Source: Syntrophales bacterium
GTDB taxonomy: Bacteria; Desulfobacterota; Syntrophia; Syntrophales; PHBD01
Assembly (NCBI GenBank): GCA_963668175.1
Contig: OY764159.1
Span: forward strand, 544,001 to 608,000
Direction: 5' to 3'
Length of the DNA stretch: 64,000 nucleotides
The notes beneath the pieces are model-generated. The model worked only from the letters and a program-made list of their open reading frames with translations. It did no database searches and was not told where the DNA came from. The position numbers and the translations under genes were made by a program. This document shows positions 8,388 through 20,439 of this stretch, one piece after another. Within the stretch, counting starts at the first letter, position 1, and every line of letters begins with the position of its first letter.

Positions 8388-9833
8388 TCAGCCCTTGATG
8401 CACCCCATGGCCTTCAGTCTCGCCACTTTCTTCGAGATGCCGGCGCAATGGGCAACCTCAACGACTTGATCCAGGTCCTTGTAAGCCTCAGGCATTTCTT
8501 CATGCAGGGTCCCCCGGCTGCTTGCCATGACGAGAATTCCGCGTTCCGCCAGTTCCCGGGCAATGGACCTGCCCCTGCCCGCTTTTATGGCCTTGCTCCT
8601 GCTCATGACCCTGCCGGCCCCGTGGCACGTACTGCCGAACGTGTCGGTGAACGCTTTATCCGTGCCCGTCAGGACGTAAGAACCGGATCCCATGTCGCCG
8701 GGAATTAATACCGGTTGACCGGTCTCCCGGTAACGGTCCGGCAAGGCCGGATGTCCCGGCGGAAAGGCCCTGGTGGCCCCCTTGCGATGGACGCAGAGAT
8801 CAACCTCCCGGTTGTCGAGAGGAAACGTCTCTATCTTGGCAATGTTATGGCATACATCATACAAAAGACGCATCTTCAGTGCAGACGGCCCTTTCCGTAG
8901 CGTCTTTTCAAAGATATCCCTGGTCCAGTGCATCAAGAGCTGCCGGTTGGCCCAGGCATAGTTCGCGGCACAGGCCATAGCCGCCATATAATCCCGTCCT
9001 TCCTTTGAGTCTATCCAGGCGCAGGCCAGCTGCCGGTCAGGAAGGGCAAAGCCCAGGCCTCCAACCTTCTTCATCATGGCCGCCAGATAATCGTCGCAGA
9101 TCTGGTATCCCAGGCCGCGGGACCCGCTATGAATGAGAACGGCGACCTGTCCTTTTTCCAAACCGAAAGCGGCGGCGGCGCGCTCGTCGTATATCTCCTC
9201 GACCGCTTCAATCTCCAGAAAATGGTTCCCTGAACCGAGGGTGCCCAATTGCTGTTTTCCCCTTTCCATGGCCCGGTCGCTGACGTGATCGGGGTCTGCA
9301 TGGGTCATGCATCCTCCGTCTTCCGTGGTTTCCAGGTCGGATGACAGACCATATCCCCTGTTGACGGCCCATACGGAGCCCTCCCGGAGAACGGCCTTCT
9401 CTTCCTTCTCGGTCAGTTTGAGACTCCCCTTGGATCCGACACCGGACGGAATTGCTTGAAAAAGCGCGACGATCAGTTCCCGGAGGATGGGTTGAATTTC
9501 ATCTTGATGCAAGGATGTCGTCATCAGGCGGCAACCGCAGTTGATATCATATCCGACACCTCCCGGGGAGACGACCCCCTGCTTAAGATCGAACGCCGCC
9601 ACTCCGCCGATGGGGAAGCCGTAGCCCCAATGCATATCCGGCATGGCAAGGGCGTACTTGACGATGCCCGGCAGTTGGGCCACATTGGCTACCTGTTTCG
9701 GGCTCTCGTCTGCACCGATGTCCTTCATCAGGCGCTCGCTGGCATAGACGAGACCCGGCACCCTCATCCCGCCCCGGGCCGGAATTCTCCACCGATATTC
9801 GTCCAACCGTTCCAGGCATATATCAGACGTCAC
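8388..9833 (-). CDS. rtcB: RNA-splicing/repair ligase RtcB
   Basis: MPDMHWGYGFPIGG, DINCG, GNHF, HSGSRG, HRKGAT, CHGAGR; catalytic motifs intact, no intein. Confidence 0.95.
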   Translation of the reverse strand: MTSDICLERLDEYRWRIPARGGMRVPGLVYASERLMKDIGADESPKQVANVAQLPGIVKYALAMPDMHWGYGFPIGGVAAFDLKQGVVSPGGVGYDINCGCRLMTTSLHQDEIQPILRELIVALFQAIPSGVGSKGSLKLTEKEEKAVLREGSVWAVNRGYGLSSDLETTEDGGCMTHADPDHVSDRAMERGKQQLGTLGSGNHFLEIEAVEEIYDERAAAAFGLEKGQVAVLIHSGSRGLGYQICDDYLAAMMKKVGGLGFALPDRQLACAWIDSKEGRDYMAAMACAANYAWANRQLLMHWTRDIFEKTLRKGPSALKMRLLYDVCHNIAKIETFPLDNREVDLCVHRKGATRAFPPGHPALPDRYRETGQPVLIPGDMGSGSYVLTGTDKAFTDTFGSTCHGAGRVMSRSKAIKAGRGRSIARELAERGILVMASSRGTLHEEMPEAYKDLDQVVEVAHCAGISKKVARLKAMGCIKG

Positions 9834-10245
9834 AAATCACCCTCCCTTTCCAGCCGGTGGCGGTCTCCAAAATGGCAGCCTGGTGGTATGTAACGGCCTT
9901 GATCTCCGTTGCAACCGCATGCCGGGATGGATCGAAACCCTCACCGCCGACAACCGCCGTCACAACATAGGGTTTTATGGCATCGATGCGGCAGCTCTGT
10001 ACGAGCCATCCTTCGCCGTTAAAGAGGTACAGTATCTCCCGGAGAAAATTCACCAGCAGGTCCGCCCAGTCCGCACCCTCTGCGTGAATCCTTCGTTCCT
10101 CACGCTCATCAACGTGCCGCATGTCGCACATGACATCGTACAGGGCAAACGAGGCGTTGGCGAACAATTGATCAATGGTTCTGCCGTAGACCTCGATACC
10201 AAGGTCGGCCGTATGGTCGAAAATCCGGTATTTTTTCATACGCAC
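9823..10245 (-). CDS. Archease (RtcB activator)
   Basis: DHTADLG, EIKAVTYH, C-terminal DV; overlaps the rtcB start; start may be ATG 10239. Confidence 0.92.
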   Translation of the reverse strand: MRMKKYRIFDHTADLGIEVYGRTIDQLFANASFALYDVMCDMRHVDEREERRIHAEGADWADLLVNFLREILYLFNGEGWLVQSCRIDAIKPYVVTAVVGGEGFDPSRHAVATEIKAVTYHQAAILETATGWKGRVICDV

Positions 10246-10378
10246 ATTTCCGCGAATGTATCTTATGGATATCCGGTGAAAAAATGACGGCGCGCCGCAC
10301 AGAATTCATTTTCTCGCCCCGGAAACCCGGAATGCGACGCACAACCGCAAGGGATAGAGGCCATGATGGCCGGTATTC

Positions 10379-10915
10379 TCAATAGAAAAGCCAGATGGCA
10401 TCCAGGAAGAAAAAAATCCACCCGGAAACCGAGGCCAGGCCGAAGTAGAAAAGCGACTTCTTCTTGGTCAAGACCGAGATTGACGACAGCATGATGGCAA
10501 TCTGCAGAAATATCAGCCCGTAGCTGTAATTACCGGCCCGGTGTTGGGCCTCTTCCTTATCCTTGGCCAGCTTCTCGGCCTTGGCTTTAATGTCGTCCTT
10601 CTCCTGTTCGTAACGTTTGATCTTGGCATCATAATCGCGGATGGTTTTCTGATAACGGGCCAGCGCTTCCCCGCTTATTTTACCCTTCCCGGCCGCGGTT
10701 TCCAATTCCATATTCTGTTTCTGAACTTCATAGAGATAGGATTTGATGCTCTTCGCCTGGTAGAAGGCCCATTGATCCGTTTCCTGGGCCTGCGACAGGA
10801 TCGTTCGCGATGAATACTTTCCCACGTATAATGTCGTAACCGCCGCAAATACGGCCAGGATGGCCGTTGTCAATGCAACCCACGACGTCCAGGTGTCCTT
10901 CTTTTCTTCCGCCAT
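10379..10915 (-). CDS. DUF4337-type membrane protein
   Basis: N-terminal TM, DQWAFYQAKSIK motif, coiled coil, two C-terminal TMs. Confidence 0.75.
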   Translation of the reverse strand: MAEEKKDTWTSWVALTTAILAVFAAVTTLYVGKYSSRTILSQAQETDQWAFYQAKSIKSYLYEVQKQNMELETAAGKGKISGEALARYQKTIRDYDAKIKRYEQEKDDIKAKAEKLAKDKEEAQHRAGNYSYGLIFLQIAIMLSSISVLTKKKSLFYFGLASVSGWIFFFLDAIWLFY

Positions 10916-10947
10916 ATGTTGTTCGTCCTATTCCCGATGTTCTGACG

Positions 10948-13452
10948 CTATTCCTCGTTATTTTCTTCCGTCCCGTTGCCATTCAGGCCTTCATCCGACA
11001 GGGTCATGTCGTCCTTGTCGTCCGATTCTTTCTCCGCCCGGGCCACGCCCACCAGCTTTTCGTCTTCCTGCAGTTCGATCAGCTTGACCCCCTGGGTGCT
11101 GCGGTGGATAAGGGGGACTTCCGCCAGCTTGAACCGGATAATATTGCCCGAGCTGCTGATCATGATGATATCCTCATCGCCGCTGACCTGCAGGATACCG
11201 GAAACCCACCCCACTTTCGCGACGGTCTTCAGATTAATCGTACCCTTGCCTCCCCGGCTTTGGAGACGGTATTCGGCAATGCTCGTCCTCTTTCCGTATC
11301 CTTTTTCGGATATCGTCAGGAGCGTACATCCCTCCGCGGGGATCTCCATGCCGACGACGGCGTCGTCATCATCCATCATAATTCCCCTGACGCCCCGGGA
11401 CGTCCGGCCTGTTTCTCTGACCTCCGATTCCTTAAAACGGATTGACTTGCCTTTTCTGGTGCCCAAGAAGACATCCTGGTCGCCCTGTGTCAGTTGAACA
11501 TCGATCAATTCGTCGCCGTCGTCGACGCTGATGGCGATGATCCCGGTAGATCGCGGATTCGAGTACGCCTCGATACCCGTCTTCTTGATCGTGCCCTTCC
11601 GGGTGACCATGACCACTGACTTGCCGTCTTCGAACGACCGGACGGGCAGGATGGCGGCCAGTCTCTCTCCGTTCACCATGTTGACAAGGTTGATGATGGC
11701 CTTCCCCTTGGCCGTTCTTCCGGCCTGTGGAATCTGGTAGACCTTCAACCAGTACAACCGTCCCTTGTTCGTAAAAATCAGGATATATTGATGCGTGTTG
11801 GCAATAAAGATTTTCTCGACAAAATCCTCTTCCTTCGTGCCCATGCCCAGCTTACCCTTGCCTCCCCGCCGCTGGCTTTTGTAAAGGCTGACCGGATTGC
11901 GTTTGACATAACCCGAATGGGAAACGGTGACGACCATGTCTTCTTCGACAATCATGTCTTCGATATTGATATCTTCCGAATTCAACACGATCTCCGTCCT
12001 GCGCTCATCGCCGTAGCGGGATTTGATATCTTCGAGTTCCGTAATGATCACCGCATCTACTTTCTGCGGATCATCGAGAATACCCTGCAACTCTATTATT
12101 TGGAGCGATATTTCACGATATTCATCGTCGATTTTCTCCCGTTCCAGGCCTGTTAATCTTTGCAACCTCATTTCTAGGATGGCCTTGGCCTGGACTTCGG
12201 AAAGGCCGAATGTTGTACATAGCACCGATGCGGCTTCCTGTGGATTGGCCGCTCGTTTGATTTCCGCAATGACGGCATCGATGTTGTTGAGGGCAATGAT
12301 GAGGCCTTCCAGAATATGGGCTCTTTCCTTGACTTTGTTCAAGTCAAAGATCGTCCGGCGGACCACCACCTGCCTCCGGAATTGCAGGAATCCCTGTAGG
12401 ATTTCCTTCAGATTGAAGACACGGGGTTGTCCGTTGTCGATGGCGATCATGATGATGCCGAAACTGGTTTCCATCTGCGTGTGTTTATAAAGCTGGTTCA
12501 GGATGACGCTTGAGATCTCGTCACGTTTCAGATCGATGACGATGCGCATACCTTCCCGGTCCGACTCATCTCTCAGGTCGGAAATACCGGTAAGCTTTTT
12601 CTCTTTGACTAGCTCGGATATTTTTTCGATCAGGGATGACTTATTGACCTGGTACGGCAATTCCGTGATAATAATGCTTTCCCTGTCCGTCCGCGCATTC
12701 TTTTCAATGTTGGCCCTGGCCCGAACCCTGATAATTCCCCGTCCGGTTTTATAGGCAGATACGATACCATCGATACCGTTGATGAATCCCGCCGTCGGGA
12801 AATCCGGGCCCTTGATGTGCCTCATCAGGGCTTCGATCGTAATATCCGGGTTCTTGATCAGGGCTACCGTGCCGTTGATGACCTCAGTCAGGTTATGTGG
12901 AGGGATGTTTGTGGCGACACCGACGGCGATCCCGGCCGATCCGTTCAGAAGGATCAACGGGATGCGTGCAGGCAGCACCACCGGCTCTTCTGCGGATTCA
13001 TCATAAGTCGGGACAAAGTCAACCGTCTGCTTTTCCAGGTCGGCCAGGAGTTCCTCGGCAATTCGCGCCATCCGTACTTCGGTATAACGCTGAGCCGCCG
13101 GCGGGTCGCCGTCGATGGAGCCGAAGTTACCCTGGCCGTCAACAAGCATGTACCGCATGGCGAAATCCTGGGCCATCCGGACGATCGTATCATACGCGGC
13201 ACTTTCACCATGAGGATGATATTTACCGATGATATCGCCGACGATTCTCGCCGATTTTTTATGGGGTTTGTTCCAGCGGTTACCCAGCTCATGCATGGCA
13301 AAAAGGGCGCGGCGGTGTACCGGCTTTAATCCGTCCCGTACATCCGGGATCGCTCGGCCGATAATGACGCTCATGGCATAGTCCATGTAGGATTTGGTCA
13401 TCTCGTCTTCGATATTGATAGCAACATTTTTTTGGGGCACTTGCTGATCCAT
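10948..13452 (-). CDS. gyrA: DNA gyrase subunit A
   Basis: DGLKPVHRR, YHPHG, AAQRYTE (catalytic Tyr), GyrA-box QRRGGKG, acidic tail. Confidence 0.98.
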   Translation of the reverse strand: MDQQVPQKNVAINIEDEMTKSYMDYAMSVIIGRAIPDVRDGLKPVHRRALFAMHELGNRWNKPHKKSARIVGDIIGKYHPHGESAAYDTIVRMAQDFAMRYMLVDGQGNFGSIDGDPPAAQRYTEVRMARIAEELLADLEKQTVDFVPTYDESAEEPVVLPARIPLILLNGSAGIAVGVATNIPPHNLTEVINGTVALIKNPDITIEALMRHIKGPDFPTAGFINGIDGIVSAYKTGRGIIRVRARANIEKNARTDRESIIITELPYQVNKSSLIEKISELVKEKKLTGISDLRDESDREGMRIVIDLKRDEISSVILNQLYKHTQMETSFGIIMIAIDNGQPRVFNLKEILQGFLQFRRQVVVRRTIFDLNKVKERAHILEGLIIALNNIDAVIAEIKRAANPQEAASVLCTTFGLSEVQAKAILEMRLQRLTGLEREKIDDEYREISLQIIELQGILDDPQKVDAVIITELEDIKSRYGDERRTEIVLNSEDINIEDMIVEEDMVVTVSHSGYVKRNPVSLYKSQRRGGKGKLGMGTKEEDFVEKIFIANTHQYILIFTNKGRLYWLKVYQIPQAGRTAKGKAIINLVNMVNGERLAAILPVRSFEDGKSVVMVTRKGTIKKTGIEAYSNPRSTGIIAISVDDGDELIDVQLTQGDQDVFLGTRKGKSIRFKESEVRETGRTSRGVRGIMMDDDDAVVGMEIPAEGCTLLTISEKGYGKRTSIAEYRLQSRGGKGTINLKTVAKVGWVSGILQVSGDEDIIMISSSGNIIRFKLAEVPLIHRSTQGVKLIELQEDEKLVGVARAEKESDDKDDMTLSDEGLNGNGTEENNEE

Positions 13453-13487
13453 GTGATTTAAACCTATTCTAAAATGATTATGGGATA

Positions 13488-15902
<2,415 letters not shown>

Positions 15903-16020
15903 TCACATATTAAAATACGGTAAACCTGGCCTATCCTTCAGCATGAATTCGTGAGATAAACGGCGGGATGATAAACGACATCGGCACCGATTTGAATTTC
16001 AAAAAGGATACAAAGCCGGC

Positions 16021-17139
16021 CTAATACTTAAGCGGCATAATAATACAATAATAGTCATTACTTGATGATGATTTCACCAATGCCGGTTTCTTCGCCCCTC
16101 CAATTTCCAAAACAATCTCTTTCGTATCGATGACCTCGATCGCATCGATCAAGAAATTGACATTATAGGCAATCTCAACCTCCTTGCCTTTGTACTGTAC
16201 ATCAATCTCGTCGTTCGCCTCGCCGACATCGGGATTGGTCGAATTCAGAACCATTCTGTCTTCAGCCAGTTTTACGATCACCCCTTGATAATTATCGCTG
16301 GAAATGACGCTCATTCTTCTTAAGGCATGGAGCACCTTATCCTTTTCAAAAACAATCTCCAGTCCTCTTTCGGACGGAATGACCCGTTTGTAGTCGGGAT
16401 AGTCGGCATCAATGAGACTGACTTTAAGCATGAGATGATCCGCCTTTATAATACACATCCCACCGTGAAGACCTATAGAAACGCTATTTTCCAGACCATC
16501 GATGTTTTTGCGGATCTCATTTAAACCCTTTTTAGGAACGATAACCCCTTTATCCATCCCGAAAAAATCCTGAATATCTACCACCGCGTCGGCCACCGCC
16601 ATGCGATGTCCGTCCGTTGCAACCATTCTCAGACTTTTTTTGTCACCTTCCCGGTTGGCTTCAAAAAAGACTCCCGTCAGATTCTTTCGCATAGGATCAT
16701 TGGATACGGCAAAAGATGTTTTACGGATCAAATCGGATAGTTTGACCGCATCGACACTGAAATACTGAACCCCTTGATCCGAAATAACCTCTGGGAATTC
16801 ATCTGCTTCCAATCCCTGGATTTTATAGATAGCCTTCTGGCAGGTCATGGTAATCATGTTCCGTTCGTTCATGGAAACATGAATATCGTCACCCTGCATT
16901 TCCCTGATCATCTCATGCAGCTTCCTTGAAGATACCGTGATTTTTCCCTCTTTGGCCACATCCGCCTCATATTCGGCTATAAGTCCGACTTCCAAGTCGG
17001 TTGCGCTGACGGTAATCTTACCTGCTTCAGCTTTAATCAGGACATTGTTCAGTATGGGAATGGTGGTCTTCTTTTCAACGATGCCGACCGTTTTTTGAAT
17101 CCCCCATAAAAAAGTGTCTCTTTTGATCTTGAATTCCAT
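16021..17139 (-). CDS. dnaN: DNA polymerase III beta clamp
   Basis: PILNNVLI, ATDLE, VATDGHRM, YPDY, IMP C-terminus; start taken as ATG 17139. Confidence 0.96.
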   Translation of the reverse strand: MEFKIKRDTFLWGIQKTVGIVEKKTTIPILNNVLIKAEAGKITVSATDLEVGLIAEYEADVAKEGKITVSSRKLHEMIREMQGDDIHVSMNERNMITMTCQKAIYKIQGLEADEFPEVISDQGVQYFSVDAVKLSDLIRKTSFAVSNDPMRKNLTGVFFEANREGDKKSLRMVATDGHRMAVADAVVDIQDFFGMDKGVIVPKKGLNEIRKNIDGLENSVSIGLHGGMCIIKADHLMLKVSLIDADYPDYKRVIPSERGLEIVFEKDKVLHALRRMSVISSDNYQGVIVKLAEDRMVLNSTNPDVGEANDEIDVQYKGKEVEIAYNVNFLIDAIEVIDTKEIVLEIGGAKKPALVKSSSSNDYYCIIMPLKY

Positions 17140-17160
17140 CTTTGTCATCCTTTCATTCAA

Positions 17161-17295
17161 TGATCTTATTTTAAATATTATATAATCAACTAGATTTAGT
17201 AGTAGGGAGTGTTGATAAGTGCATAATTAAAATAACATGATTATAATTAATCACTTGACTACATTCATCCTGTTGATGGTCGATGGATTTTTATG
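17161..17295. other. Putative oriC unwinding region (tandem DnaA boxes, spacer, DnaA-trios, AT-rich DUE)
   Basis: Minus strand reads TTATGCAC-TTATCAACA-CTCC-CTACTACTAAATCTA then an AT-rich tract; TAG trios at 17197-17205; lies between dnaA and dnaN. Confidence 0.85.
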
Positions 17296-18648
17296 TTAAG
17301 ATTTGTTGATCAAGGCATTTTCGATCTCCTGAACGCACTTCTTCATTTTAACATCTTCATCAAGACCCTTCTTGATTTTGTTATAGGCGTAAATCACGGT
17401 GGAGTGGTCCCTGCCGCCGATCTTATCCCCAATATCCGGGTACGAGGTCGATGTCAGTTTCCTGGACAGGTACATGGCGACCTGTCGTGACAAAGAGATA
17501 TTTTTATTCTTCTTTTGTGATTTTATATCCGATATCTTAACCCCGTAGTGGCTGGCCACCGTTTTGATCACTTCATCAATCGTGATATTTTCCTTCTCAA
17601 CGTTTTTAAGAAATTTCTTCAACACTTCCTTCACCAGGTCCATATCGATGGGACGGTTGGTCACGGAAGAGTAAGCGCTGATTCTGACGAGAAAGCCTTC
17701 CAGTTCCCGAATGTTCGATTCCGCGTTCGAGGCAATATAATGGGCAACGTTTAAGGGAAGGATAATATTGTTTTCATGGGCTTTCTTTTCTAGAATAGCG
17801 ACCTTGGTTTCGATTTCCGGGGACTGGATGTCGGCAATTAGCCCCCATTCAAAACGCGATCGCAGCCTGTCCTCAAGATTGGGAATGTCCTTGGGAAATT
17901 TATCGCTGGTAACGACAATTTGCTTACCCGAGTCGTGCAGGGTGTTAAACGTATGAAAAAATTCTTCCTGGGTGCGTTCTTTGCCGGCAATAAACTGGAC
18001 ATCGTCTATCAACAAACAGTCTATCTTCCTGTATTTTTCCCTGAATTTCGGCATCTTGTCGTAACGGATGGCGTTGATCAACTCGTTCATGAACTCCTCT
18101 GCCGATACGTACAGTACGTTCAATTCAGGGAAGGTTGACTGGGTGAGAAGTCCGATGGCATTCAGAAGGTGCGTCTTGCCCAGACCGACATCGCTGTAAA
18201 TGAACAGAGGATTGTAATTCTTGGCCGGTTGTTCCGATACGGCAATCGATGCGGCATGGGCAAACTGGTTGGAAGGGCCTACGACGAAACGGTCAAAACT
18301 ATAATTCGGATTCAGCGACGGATGGGGCTGAACCCGCTGCCCTTTCTTCGGGAGAGACGTATCTTTCTTCTTCGCCGCCGCCTCTATGGAAAAAGGATTC
18401 TTTCCACTCTCCTGATTGATGACGAACGAGATATTCATTTCCACGTCCGTCACTTCGTATAGGCAGTTCTTGATCACCGTAAAGTAGTTGTCGACCACCC
18501 AATCCCGGAAAAACTTGTTGGGAACGGCTAATTGCACATTTCCCTCTTCTTTGGAAACGATCTTGATCGGAGTGATCCACGTTTCAAAGTTCTGCTGACT
18601 GACCTTTTCCTTGATCTTGCTGATCGTTTTTTCCCAAATAATATCCAA
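17296..18648 (-). CDS. dnaA: Chromosomal replication initiator DnaA
   Basis: YNPLFIY..VGLGKTHL, LLIDDVQF, EEFFHTFN, RLRSRF, NIRELEG, GGRDHSTV; TTG start. Confidence 0.98.
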   Translation of the reverse strand: MDIIWEKTISKIKEKVSQQNFETWITPIKIVSKEEGNVQLAVPNKFFRDWVVDNYFTVIKNCLYEVTDVEMNISFVINQESGKNPFSIEAAAKKKDTSLPKKGQRVQPHPSLNPNYSFDRFVVGPSNQFAHAASIAVSEQPAKNYNPLFIYSDVGLGKTHLLNAIGLLTQSTFPELNVLYVSAEEFMNELINAIRYDKMPKFREKYRKIDCLLIDDVQFIAGKERTQEEFFHTFNTLHDSGKQIVVTSDKFPKDIPNLEDRLRSRFEWGLIADIQSPEIETKVAILEKKAHENNIILPLNVAHYIASNAESNIRELEGFLVRISAYSSVTNRPIDMDLVKEVLKKFLKNVEKENITIDEVIKTVASHYGVKISDIKSQKKNKNISLSRQVAMYLSRKLTSTSYPDIGDKIGGRDHSTVIYAYNKIKKGLDEDVKMKKCVQEIENALINKS

Positions 18649-18660
18649 GCGTACCCTTCC

Positions 18661-18692
18661 TTATAAACAACCTTATAAACAGCTGTTGATAA
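18661..18692. promoter_or_regulatory. Cluster of three DnaA-box-like 9-mers upstream of dnaA
   Basis: TTATAAACA 18661-18669, TTATAAACA 18673-18681, TGTTGATAA 18684-18692, packed in a 59 bp gap. Confidence 0.75.
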
Positions 18693-18707
18693 AAATCGTG
18701 CAGTCTG

Positions 18708-19559
18708 TCAGACCTTTAACAGCGATGTGATTAAGCGGTTCAATTCGTCCAAGGACGAAAATTTGATGACGATGTTGCCACGCTTTGCGTTCTTGCTGAT
18801 TCTCACGGATGTCATAAGTTTTGACGAAAGTCTCTTTTCCAAATCCGTCATGACAACGTCGTTCTTTGACTTCTTGCTAACAGGGGCTGGCAGTTTGATT
18901 TTTTTTGCAAGTTCTTCCGCCTGACGGACATTCAGATTTTGTGCAACTATTTTATGCAGAAGAAGAACCTGCTCTTTATTCGCACCTAGAGCGAGCAATG
19001 CCCGGGCATGGCCCGCCGATATTTTCTTGTCGACCAGGGCGGTTTTGGCCTCCGGCGGCAATTTCAGCAAACGAAGCGTATTTGTAACGGTTGTCCGGTC
19101 CTTTCCGACCTTGGCGGCTATCTCTTCCTGGGCAAATCCGAATTTATCGATTAATGTTTGATAGGCTTCCCCTTCCTCAATGGGATTGAGATCCTGCCGC
19201 TGTATATTTTCGATGAGGGACCACTCGGCGATATCTAAATCCTTGGCCTCCCGGATAATCACCGGAACGTCCCTCAACCCTGCCTCCTGCGCTGCACGCC
19301 ATCGCCTTTCACCCGTGATGATTTCATAACCGCCGGCTTCCGCTCTCCTCACCACAATAGGCTGGATAATGCCGCTTTTCCTGATGGAATCCGCCAGGCT
19401 TTTCAGCTCCTCGGCGTCGAAATCCTTCCGGGGCTGGAATCTGTTGGGCGACAACTCTTCGACACCGCAGGTGACGTAAGTCTTACCCTCCGGCGCGCCG
19501 CTCAGGAGGTCCGGGAAAATGGCCCCCAGGCCCTTGCCAAGAGATTGTTTAGGCGGCAT
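18708..19559 (-). CDS. parB: Chromosome partition protein ParB/Spo0J
   Basis: LGKGLGA N-terminus, PNRFQPR, GIIQPI, GERRWRA, ENIQRQDL, HTH region. Confidence 0.96.
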   Translation of the reverse strand: MPPKQSLGKGLGAIFPDLLSGAPEGKTYVTCGVEELSPNRFQPRKDFDAEELKSLADSIRKSGIIQPIVVRRAEAGGYEIITGERRWRAAQEAGLRDVPVIIREAKDLDIAEWSLIENIQRQDLNPIEEGEAYQTLIDKFGFAQEEIAAKVGKDRTTVTNTLRLLKLPPEAKTALVDKKISAGHARALLALGANKEQVLLLHKIVAQNLNVRQAEELAKKIKLPAPVSKKSKNDVVMTDLEKRLSSKLMTSVRISKNAKRGNIVIKFSSLDELNRLITSLLKV

Positions 19560-19561
19560 CC

Positions 19562-20335
19562 TTATAGACCTCCGTTATGGCTGATGATTTCCTGGGCCAG
19601 TTCCAGGTAGGAGACGGCGCCCCGGGATTTGATATCGTAGAGAATAATGGGAAGGCCATGGCTGGGGCTTTCCGATAGCCTGACGTTCCTGGGAATGACG
19701 GTTTGAAACACTTTCTTGTTGAAATGTTTGCGAACTTCCTCGCTTACCTGATGGCAAAGGAGGTTCCTCGTATCAAACATGGTGAGTAAAATCCCCCCCA
19801 GTGTCAGGGATGGGTTGAGTTTGGACTGAATAAGCCTGATCGTATTCAAAAGATGCCCGAGACCCTCCAGGGCAAAATATTCACACTGCATGGGGACAAT
19901 GACGTAATCGGCCGCCACCAGGGCGTTTAGTGTAAGAAACCCCAGGGACGGCGGGCAGTCGATGATGATATAATCATAGACAATCTCGAGGTCCTGAAGG
20001 AGGAAACGAAGTCTTTTTTCACGCTCTTCCAGGTTGACGAATTCGATCTCGATGCCGATCAGATTCTGATCCGCCGGCACCACGTCGAGATGAGGTATCT
20101 GCGTCTTCATAATGGCGTCGGCCAGAGGCATGCGGTCCGTGAAACTGAGATAAAGGTTCCTATCCTTGATGGCCGTGCGATCAATGCCGATACCGCTGCT
20201 GGCGTTGCCCTGCGCATCGCAGTCGATCAGGAGGGTCTTCTTCTCGGCTGCCGCCAGAGAGGCCGACAGATTAATGGCCGTCGTCGTTTTGCCGACCCCG
20301 CCTTTCTGGTTTGCTATGCAGAAGATTTTTCTCAT
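19562..20335 (-). CDS. parA: Chromosome partition ATPase ParA/Soj
   Basis: NQKGGVGKTT, DCPPSLG, CEYFALEG, IPRNVRLSESPSHG; start ATG 20335 after AAGGA. Confidence 0.96.
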   Translation of the reverse strand: MRKIFCIANQKGGVGKTTTAINLSASLAAAEKKTLLIDCDAQGNASSGIGIDRTAIKDRNLYLSFTDRMPLADAIMKTQIPHLDVVPADQNLIGIEIEFVNLEEREKRLRFLLQDLEIVYDYIIIDCPPSLGFLTLNALVAADYVIVPMQCEYFALEGLGHLLNTIRLIQSKLNPSLTLGGILLTMFDTRNLLCHQVSEEVRKHFNKKVFQTVIPRNVRLSESPSHGLPIILYDIKSRGAVSYLELAQEIISHNGGL

Positions 20336-20382
20336 GATTTCCTTAAGATGCCCTCTATTGATACCTACGATGCGAGTGGGCA

Positions 20383-20411
20383 AAACTAACACAAAATCAT
20401 TTTTTTTTGAA
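20383..20411 (-). promoter_or_regulatory. Candidate sigma70 promoter for parA
   Basis: Minus strand TTCAAA-17 nt-TAGTTT, with TG just upstream of the -10. Confidence 0.35.
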
Positions 20412-20439
20412 GGGTTATTTTTTAGAACAACAGTCTGAT

